From a bacterium (GTDB taxonomy: Bacteria > Zhuqueibacterota > Zhuqueibacteria > Zhuqueibacterales > Zhuqueibacteraceae): 64,000 nt of DNA. The position numbers were made by a program, and so were the translations under genes. A model generated the notes under the pieces. That model was given only the letters and a program-made list of their open reading frames with translations, searched no databases and was not told where the DNA came from. Location: NCBI GenBank assembly GCA_044869275.1, contig JBIOXB010000163.1, forward strand, positions 14,483 to 78,482, read 5' to 3'. Of this stretch, positions 57,283 to 64,000 are shown piece by piece; the first letter of the stretch is position 1, and the number at the start of each line of letters is the position of its first letter.

Positions 57283-57969
57283 ATGCCCTCCTCGCGATCT
57301 GAAAAAGCGAAGAAAGTCTTGACCGAGCGCGACGTCATTCAAGCCTGGCAGAAAGGCGAAAGGCAGTTGGTGCTGGCGGCCGGGATCATCGTTACACCGG
57401 CGGCGAAGGATGCGGCCAAAGCGCGAAAAATGGCGCTGATCGATGAATCTGCCAAGCTTTCCGCTGCAACTTCTCCGGCGAAGCCGGCAACGCCAACAGC
57501 ATCCGGCCAGGCCGGCTTGCTTGTCATTGGCTCCGATCACGGCGGCTACACACTTAAAGAACAGTTGAAGGATTTTTTGCGCGGTTTGTCGATTCGCTTT
57601 GAAGACGTGGGCACTTTCAGCGAAGCGCCGGTGGATTATCCGGATATCGCCGAGTTGGTGGCGCAAAGAGTGGCGTCGGGCGGGGCGCAACGCGGCCTCG
57701 TGATCGATGGAGCTGGTGTGGGCTCTGCCATCGCGGCGAACAAAATTCCCGGTGTGCGTGCGGCGGCCTGCTACGATACTTATACCGCGCGCAACAGCCG
57801 TGAACACAACAACACGAACGTGCTGGCCCTGGGCAGCAGAAATTTGGGCATTGACATTGCCAAAGAAATCGTGAAGGTCTGGCTGGAAACCGGATTCGGT
57901 GGTGGCCGCCATGGGAAGCGCGTTGAAAGAATTATCGCCATTGAACAAAAGTATTCACGTCAGAGTTGA
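57283..57969 (+). CDS. rpiB: Ribose-5-phosphate isomerase B with EutQ-like N-terminal domain
   Basis: GSDHGG, VDYPD, AANK.PGVRAA, REHN..NVL, F.GGRH..RV. Confidence 0.9.
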   Translation: MPSSRSEKAKKVLTERDVIQAWQKGERQLVLAAGIIVTPAAKDAAKARKMALIDESAKLSAATSPAKPATPTASGQAGLLVIGSDHGGYTLKEQLKDFLRGLSIRFEDVGTFSEAPVDYPDIAELVAQRVASGGAQRGLVIDGAGVGSAIAANKIPGVRAAACYDTYTARNSREHNNTNVLALGSRNLGIDIAKEIVKVWLETGFGGGRHGKRVERIIAIEQKYSRQS

Positions 57970-58048
57970 AACTTGTCTGCCAAATTTTCGTTAAATGGGC
58001 TGCTAAAGGGAACAAACTGTCAAGAAGCGATATCATTCAAACAGAGAG

Positions 58049-58825
58049 ATGACGGAACAAACTTCTCCAGAAACATTCAATCCCGGGGCAGGCACTGCGA
58101 CGCGCCGGTTGTATCGTTCGGTTAGCGACCGCAAGATCGCGGGCGTGTGCGGCGGCGTGGCCGAATACTTTGGCCTTGACTCCGTGCTCGTGCGCGTCCT
58201 GTGGGTGATGAGCTGTTTTTTCGGATTGTTCGGTGTTTTAGCCTACATCGTCGCCTGGGCGGTGGTGCCAGACAATCCCCTCGGTGCTGCAGCGGCGTCC
58301 ACGCCGCGACCTGCTTCGAATACGGGACGGTATGTTTTAGGAACGATCTTCATTATATTGGGCGTGGTGTGGCTGGCCGAACGCCAAGGCTTTGACTTTT
58401 TGGTGCCCTGGCACTGGGACGATTATCTTGTTCCGCACTGGATGAGCTGGGGACTCGTTTTTGCCGTGGTCCTGATTTTGTTGGGGGTGATGCTAGTTCT
58501 GCGCGGCACGGGCCGGAGCGAAACGCAAACGACGATGATCAGCACCATGGAAGCGCCCGTGGCGGGCTTCACCCCAACCGGAGAAAATCGCGTGAAACCA
58601 AAAGCTTTGACGCGCTCGGTCAACGATCGCATGATCGGTGGAGTGTGCGGCGGCATCGCCGAGTATTTTAGTATCGACCCTTCGCTGGTGCGCGTGGGTT
58701 GGGTCATGTTGACCTTTTTCAGCGGTTTCTTTCTCGGTATCATCGCTTACATTGTATTGATGCTGGTCGTGCCCGAGCAAAAGCCAGAAGCCAACAACAC
58801 CGCGCCGTCAACCGGCGTGAACTGA
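58049..58825 (+). CDS. Tandem PspC-domain membrane protein
   Basis: Two L.RS..DR.I.GVCGG.AEYF..D..LVR motifs flanking a TM hairpin. Confidence 0.9.
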   Translation: MTEQTSPETFNPGAGTATRRLYRSVSDRKIAGVCGGVAEYFGLDSVLVRVLWVMSCFFGLFGVLAYIVAWAVVPDNPLGAAAASTPRPASNTGRYVLGTIFIILGVVWLAERQGFDFLVPWHWDDYLVPHWMSWGLVFAVVLILLGVMLVLRGTGRSETQTTMISTMEAPVAGFTPTGENRVKPKALTRSVNDRMIGGVCGGIAEYFSIDPSLVRVGWVMLTFFSGFFLGIIAYIVLMLVVPEQKPEANNTAPSTGVN

Positions 58826-58866
58826 GGTACTGGCGACGGAACGAACGTAAAACGAACGAGGCTGCC

Positions 58867-59355
58867 ATGTCGCGAGGAGGACGATCCTTTGCTGCGGGCG
58901 CGATTTTGATCGTGCTCGGCACTTTTTTGCTGGCCGATCGTTTGGATTGGCCGTTTCCGCCTTTCGATTATGTCTATCCCTTCATTTTCTTGTTGTTTGC
59001 CGCTTTGGCCGCCACGCGCATCCGCGGGTGGGGCCATCGTGACGGCGTGTTTGCCACGTTTTTCTTTTTAACGCTGGCCGTCTTTTTTGTTCTGCGCAAC
59101 TTTGATTTTATTCCTTACGTTTATAATGCATGGCCCATCTGGCTGATTGCCGGCGGCGTCGGGTGCATCGCCGTGTTCGTGTTCATGCCCAGGGAATGGG
59201 GTATTCTCATTCCCGGCAGCGTGCTTTTGCTTTTCGGAGGCGCTGCGTTTCTGCGCGAATTCGATTTCTTTTACGATATGAGCCGTTATTGGCCGGTCAT
59301 ATTAATCGCGATCGGTCTGGGGATGTTGGTGAAGGGATTTCGCAAGCGGGCGTGA
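58867..59355 (+). CDS. LiaI/LiaF-like (DUF5668) membrane protein
   Basis: G.ILI.LG..LL and repeated WP..LI..G motifs. Confidence 0.75.
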   Translation: MSRGGRSFAAGAILIVLGTFLLADRLDWPFPPFDYVYPFIFLLFAALAATRIRGWGHRDGVFATFFFLTLAVFFVLRNFDFIPYVYNAWPIWLIAGGVGCIAVFVFMPREWGILIPGSVLLLFGGAAFLREFDFFYDMSRYWPVILIAIGLGMLVKGFRKRA

Positions 59356-59375
59356 TCATCTGTCCGGCACGAATG

Positions 59376-59410
59376 AAAAGCCTTTCATCTGGAGAGGCTT
59401 TTTTTGTTTT
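59376..59410 (+). terminator. Intrinsic terminator
   Basis: AAAAGCCTTTC/GAGAGGCTTTT followed by a T-run. Confidence 0.8.
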
Positions 59411-59432
59411 CAAGATGTGGAATTAGTCCTAA

Positions 59433-59563
59433 CAGGATGCTGAAAAACTCTTGTTTAAGTCATGCCCGCGAAAGCGGGCATCCAGAAAACCCAACAAATT
59501 CATGGATTCCCGCTTTCGCGGGAATGACGATTCCGATCAATTCGCGGGTTTTTCAGCATCCTG
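59433..59563. mobile_element. MITE family A (131 bp), target duplication CTAA
   Basis: Perfect 15-bp TIR CAGGATGCTGAAAAA; CTAA on both sides; internal CCCGCGAAAGCGGG hairpin pair. Confidence 0.9.
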
Positions 59564-60440
59564 CTAAGGCAGCAAAATCATTTTTCGCCTGAATACCGAA
59601 GCACCGGCGCGCAGGGTATAGAAATAGACGCCCCCCGAGAACCGGCTCGCATCAAATGTCACGGCATGCGCGCCGGCCGCCATTCTTTCATTCTTCAAAA
59701 TCGCCACTTCCTTTCTCAGCACATCGAATACCCACACTGAAACCTATTCCGTCTCCGCCAAAAAGTATCGCCCGGAGAAACTTGGGCGGCGAGGGGCGAA
59801 AGGGCCAGGGTGGACGCCGGTGCCAAGCCGCGATAGTCGAGCGTGAGATAAACTGAATCCGTGCCAGTTCCCAAATTATAAATATAAAGTGTGGTGTCGA
59901 CCCGCGGCGTGTTGGCGTCGATATCTCCCAAGTTCAGCAATGCGGTATTCACGCTGATCCGGGGTGTAGGATTCGCATTCCCGAGCAATAGAATTCTTGC
60001 CGGACTCGCGGCGGCGCCATCGTTGCTGTAAATCAACAAAGTATCTTGCAATAAACCGCAATGTTTCCGGTACCGGCATAACCGTTTTCAATCGCACTGT
60101 ACGACAAAGCGAAGGCTGCTCCGCTGGCGAGGACTGGACCGCCCTGTGCTTGAGTATTCGCCCAAAGAATGTTGTTGCGCGCCACCACATTCGCGTTGTT
60201 CGAGACGATGAGCGCTCCACCGCGCGCCGCTATGGGAGTAGTAAGCGTTCCGGAGGAGGAGTTGCCAATGATAGTGTTATTCTCAATCAGGCTGGGCAGG
60301 CGCGATCCCACCAGAGAGTTATTCACCCAAATACCACCGCCGCCGTACATTGCGCGATTGGAGAGAATGACATTGTTCAAGAGGCGAGGCGCACCATCGC
60401 CGCTGCGTATGCCGCCGCCACCGGCGCTGGCCGCGCGGGT
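59564..60440 (-). pseudogene. Collapsed gene for a secreted beta-helix + Ig-like + T9SS-type CTD protein
   Basis: Three out-of-frame blocks: GGGI...NN.I..N.A.YGGGI (beta-helix), DTLLIYSND...LNLG..YNLGTG (Ig-like) and VFDVLRKEVAIL.NE.M.AG.H.VTFDAS..SGGVYFYTL..KMILLP* (CTD, 59564-59743). No start codon or signal peptide. Confidence 0.8.
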
Positions 60441-60445
60441 ATGGT

Positions 60446-61369
60446 TCAATTGCCCGCTTCGTTCATTTCCGGCGGCAAGGGATTCTCCACCTCCAAGACG
60501 ACTTTCCAAGCGCCCTCGCCCTGCTTTTTCCAAACCCGAACGTAGTAACCTTTTTCCAGTGGCGCCCCTTGCCGCGCCGGCTTGAACTCGTACGCGCCCA
60601 TCGTGTAAGCCAAATCGAGCGATTGGGCCATTTCTGCGCGCAGCGGTCGCCAGGAAGAAGCGCCTTGACGCTCCGAGAGCTTGGTACGAATAGCCTCGCT
60701 AGCGGTAAGGGGAAATTCGCCCATGCGCAGCAATCGCGCCTCGCTGGCGAGATGAGATTGATAGGCTGCCACCAAGCCGCTTGCCGGCACGGCTGCAGAA
60801 AACGAAAGGTCCCTTTGCAGCAGAGTGGATTTTTCTTGCTCGATTTCAGCCGGAGTGTGCGCCCGCGACGCGAATGAAGGGTTGAGCGCTGGAGCTTGCC
60901 ACGTGGGAGGCAGATCTTTCGGCTCGGGGTTGGAAATGCCGAGGTCGATGATCACCTTCCAATTGCCATCGGCTTGCTTTTGCCAAACGGAAAAATAATT
61001 GCCATGGCCTGGCGGCCTCTTTTGCGGGCTGTTGTCCGTGATCTGCCAGGGGCCGGTGGTATATCCAAAATCACCTGCACTGGAAACATCTGCATAAATT
61101 GGGCGCCAATCGAGCGTGAAGGGTGCCTCCGGCCGCGCGCGATACACCGACGGGCCATTCACTGGATGCGGGCGAAAAACAATGCAGCTGTCGGCCAAGT
61201 AAGTCAAGAATGCTTCGCGTATGCCTTTGGCCACGGAAGTTCTGGCAAAAGACATTTCGGCTTGTACCAGCGATTCCAGCGCGGCGCGCGATGTGCCGGA
61301 CGGCGAGGGTGCGCAAACTGGTAGCAGCACCGCTAAAACGATTGTCGGGAGGGCGTGTCTGAGCTTCAT
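60446..61369 (-). CDS. Exported tandem NTF2-like (DUF4440/SnoaL-like) protein
   Basis: Signal peptide; two GD.GYT.G...G.Y..VW.KQ..G.WKV repeats. Confidence 0.85.
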   Translation of the reverse strand: MKLRHALPTIVLAVLLPVCAPSPSGTSRAALESLVQAEMSFARTSVAKGIREAFLTYLADSCIVFRPHPVNGPSVYRARPEAPFTLDWRPIYADVSSAGDFGYTTGPWQITDNSPQKRPPGHGNYFSVWQKQADGNWKVIIDLGISNPEPKDLPPTWQAPALNPSFASRAHTPAEIEQEKSTLLQRDLSFSAAVPASGLVAAYQSHLASEARLLRMGEFPLTASEAIRTKLSERQGASSWRPLRAEMAQSLDLAYTMGAYEFKPARQGAPLEKGYYVRVWKKQGEGAWKVVLEVENPLPPEMNEAGN

Positions 61370-61578
61370 CCGAGTCTCCAATCATGCATGAATAGGATTC
61401 GGCGGAAAGTATTGATGCTATTTCTGCCATGCAACGGCGCTGCGCCGAAACGGAGAATTTTGTGGATGAAAGGGAATTGCAGGAGGGTGAAAGGGGGGGA
61501 GGTGCGATGCCGTGACGCGCGCTGGTTGCTAACTGAGTTTTGCAACGAAAGGAGAATCGCAACTAAAAAAGCCTTGAG

Positions 61579-61709
61579 TAGAATGCTGAAAAAGTCTCGA
61601 ATTGCTCTGATCCGTCATTCCCGCGAAAGCGGGAATCCATGAATTTGTTGGATTTTCTGGATACCCGCTTTCGCGGGTATGACATTCAAAAGAGTTTTTC
61701 AGCATACTG
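61579..61709. mobile_element. MITE family A (131 bp, inverted, more diverged)
   Basis: TAGAATGCTGAAAAA and TTTTTCAGCATACTG ends; same length and core as the 59433 copy; CTAA on the right side only. Confidence 0.85.
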
Positions 61710-62489
61710 CTAAGGCGGGTTTTGAAAGACACCCAGCAACTTGTGGCGGTAATTACGGCTCATCTTCAAAGTCGTGCCGTCCTGCAAAAGCACTAACCAG
61801 TCGCCATGCGACTGGGACTGCATTTCCTTTATGCGTTCGAGATTGACGATGATAGAACGGTGGATGCGCAGGAACTTTTCCGGATCGAGCTGCTGCTCCA
61901 GCATGTTCAGCGTCGTGCGCAGCAGATGCTTCTTGCCGTGCGCATGCAACAAGGCGTATTCATCCGCGGTTTCGATCCAATCGATGTCGCCGGCGTGCAA
62001 AATCAACATGCGCTCACCGGATTTCACCAGCCAGCGCTGGGGGCGCTTGCGGCCGCGGGCCTGCTCGTGCAACAACGCCAGCAGTTTTTGCCGAAAGAAA
62101 TCCTCTTTTTGTGTCTGCATCAGCGTGCGCGCGCGCGCCAGTGCGATTTGAAAGCGCTCGGGATCAATCGGCTTTAGCAAATAATCCAGCGCCTGCGCGT
62201 CGAAGGCACGCAGGGCATGCTCATCAAATGCCGTAACAAAAATGATCACCGGAGGAGAATCAGTCGCGGACAGGGCGGCGGCCACTTCGAAGCCGTCCAT
62301 CTCGGGCATTTGCACGTCGAGAAAGAGCAGATGCGGCTCGTGCTGCGCACAGGCTGCGAGGGCTTGATAACCATCACCGCACTCAGCCATGATTTCAAAA
62401 TCTGCCGCCGGCGCCAGCAGCTCGCGCACTCCTTCGCGTGCCAGGGGCTCGTCGTCAACGATGACACAACGGATTTTGGACACAGGCAT
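61710..62489 (-). CDS. LytTR-family response regulator
   Basis: VDDEPLAR, FLDVQMP, FVTAFD, DYLLKP, FLRIHRS.IVN. Confidence 0.95.
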   Translation of the reverse strand: MPVSKIRCVIVDDEPLAREGVRELLAPAADFEIMAECGDGYQALAACAQHEPHLLFLDVQMPEMDGFEVAAALSATDSPPVIIFVTAFDEHALRAFDAQALDYLLKPIDPERFQIALARARTLMQTQKEDFFRQKLLALLHEQARGRKRPQRWLVKSGERMLILHAGDIDWIETADEYALLHAHGKKHLLRTTLNMLEQQLDPEKFLRIHRSIIVNLERIKEMQSQSHGDWLVLLQDGTTLKMSRNYRHKLLGVFQNPP

Positions 62490-62511
62490 TTCGGAATCCC
62501 AAGAACTCTTG

Positions 62512-62570
62512 TTACACGTTACACTTTACACTTTACACATTACACGTGTAAAGTGTAACGTGTAAAGTGT
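62512..62570. repeat. Loop-less palindromic heptamer array (TTACACN)n(NGTGTAA)n
   Basis: Sits between the LytS-like and LytTR genes. Confidence 0.92.
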
Positions 62571-62578
62571 TCGAAGTT

Positions 62579-63712
62579 TTAGTTTACCGTTTGAAACGGA
62601 ATCTCCATTACCGCAATCGCTCCTCCTGCTTCCGCATTGCTCAGCTCGAAACGATGTCGATCGCCATAAAGCTGTTGCAAGCGTGAGCGGGTGTTGGACA
62701 GACCCAGGCCGGTACCATCACGGATTGCTTGATCGAATCCCAGGCCTCGGCCATTGTCGCGCACGCTCAGTCGCAACCTGCCGTTTTCGCGAGACGCGGA
62801 GATCGCAATCAGCGCAGGACCGCGCTGCGCCGCCAGGCCGTGCCGCACGGCGTTCTCCACCAGCGGCTGCAAAATCAGATTCGGCACTTGTGCATTCAGC
62901 GTCTCGGCGGCGATGTCGCGTTGAATCGTGAGGCGATCGTCGAAGCGCGCGCGCTCGATCTGCAGATAGCGCTCCAAAAATTCCAATTCGCTCTCGAGCG
63001 GAACCAATGGTGCGCCGTGGTTCTGCAAAGTCAAGCGCAGAAACTCGCTCAAATGCCGCAGCATACGGCGTGCGGATTCCGGGTCTTTCGGGATGAGCAC
63101 GGAAATGGCGTTGAGGGTGTTGAACAGAAAATGCGGCTGCAGCTGCATGCGCAACGTTTGCAATTGCGCCTGCGCCAATTGCGTTTCCAGTTGTGCCGCT
63201 TGCACCGTTTTCTCCTGCAGGCGGCGGTAATAGGCGAAAGCATGCTGCAACAGGATGATCATCCAATAGAGCAGAACGCCATAGTCCAGGTAGCTGATCA
63301 AATGCGTCACGAAGTCGCCGGAGAGAAATGGCTTGTCTGCATGAAAAGCGTCGTAGAATCCTCGGGCTGAGGTGAACAAAGCGCGGTGCGAAAGCGCGAC
63401 GGCAATGCTCGCCAGCGCATGAATGCAGAATCGCGAAATGAAACGCCCGCGTTCCAGGTAAAACTTCCGGCCCAGGTACAGCACCAACGGCGTAAGCAGC
63501 GCCCAGGCATAGGCATAAATCAGCTCCGCCGCCACCGCTTTGTTCCATGTCATTTCGCGGCCCAGCCGCCGGCCCATGGCGTATACCTGCCATGCCATGA
63601 ACAAGCCAAAGAGTGTCCAACTCGCCCAGAGCATCGCCAGGTTGAACAAACGACGTCGCGCCGGCCCGGCCTGGGTAAAAAAGGATGTCGCTGGTTTCGA
63701 GAATGGAGGCAT
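62579..63712 (-). CDS. LytS/YehU-family sensor histidine kinase
   Basis: LRMQLQPHFLFNTLN, LQPLVENAVRHG, DNGRG, GLGLSN; about 4 TM. Confidence 0.93.
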   Translation of the reverse strand: MPPFSKPATSFFTQAGPARRRLFNLAMLWASWTLFGLFMAWQVYAMGRRLGREMTWNKAVAAELIYAYAWALLTPLVLYLGRKFYLERGRFISRFCIHALASIAVALSHRALFTSARGFYDAFHADKPFLSGDFVTHLISYLDYGVLLYWMIILLQHAFAYYRRLQEKTVQAAQLETQLAQAQLQTLRMQLQPHFLFNTLNAISVLIPKDPESARRMLRHLSEFLRLTLQNHGAPLVPLESELEFLERYLQIERARFDDRLTIQRDIAAETLNAQVPNLILQPLVENAVRHGLAAQRGPALIAISASRENGRLRLSVRDNGRGLGFDQAIRDGTGLGLSNTRSRLQQLYGDRHRFELSNAEAGGAIAVMEIPFQTVN

Positions 63713-63745
63713 ATGCAGCACGAATCTTTGCAAAAAAAGCAACTA

Positions 63746-63855
63746 CTAGTGCATTGTAACCTTAATTTTTGAAGGTCACCCTGAGCGAAGTCGAAGGGCG
63801 GCATGGTTCGACTCCGCTCACCATGACTAAAAAAACTAAGATAACAGTGTACTAG
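63746..63855. mobile_element. MITE-like element family E (110 bp) with CTAG ends
   Basis: 25-bp TIRs (20/25 match) enclosing GTCACCCTGAGCGAAGTCGAAGGG...GGTTCGACTCCGCTCACCATGAC; single copy in this window. Confidence 0.65.
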
Positions 63856-64000
63856 CCCGAGTTCGACACTTCAATTTTTTTTTGCCTAGGTTTCGTACGG
63901 AGATAATAGAGCTATCACCATTTTTGGTGCGAAACGCCATGTAGTGAAAACCTACTATCTTGATTTGAGCCTATGCCGTTTTGTACATTAAGACATGTTC

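Noticed and set aside
63800..63825. tRNA from the GGTTCGACTCC T-arm-like motif
   Set aside because: There are no D or anticodon arms; the motif is one arm of the REP-like hairpin inside element E.

Overview
GC-rich bacterial window, probably from an FCB-related lineage such as KSB1. This is inferred from T9SS-like 'LHQNYPNP' C-terminal domains and a short SigA without region 1.1. It mixes housekeeping genes (rlmN, sigA, cold-shock gene, arginase, trpS-scpA-scpB-rluB-cmk-plsC-rpsA, moeA, pcm, rpiB) with accessory signalling loci: a GntR/YtrA-ABC operon led by a GntR-stub-GAF-PP2C fusion, a membrane AraC, an NtrY-like kinase, an FG-GAP/ASPIC sensor kinase with a sigma54 regulator, a PDZ-GAF-PP2C protein and LytS/LytTR. 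It also carries a 4-hydroxybenzoyl-CoA-reductase-like molybdoenzyme operon. No rRNA, tRNA, CRISPR array or transposase gene was seen. The intergenic DNA is the most unusual part. It holds three MITE-like families that carry REP-like hairpins (4-bp target duplications in three copies, one copy nested in another repeat), inverted 7/8/17-mer tandem arrays, and five copies of an 18-bp palindrome ATCCCGA-N4-TCGGGAT. In two contexts this palindrome appears to replace exactly 9 nt between two AT dinucleotides. Several collapsed gene remnants were read by hand, some missing from the ORF track (KilA-N-family protein, hicB-hicA) and others only partly in it (HEPN, T9SS-type secreted protein). Other highlights are a candidate riboswitch/attenuator ahead of the molybdoenzyme operon, a long structured cold-shock leader, and an ScpB with an acidic tail ending in an amphipathic helix. 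All product calls come from motif recognition by eye; no database searches were run.
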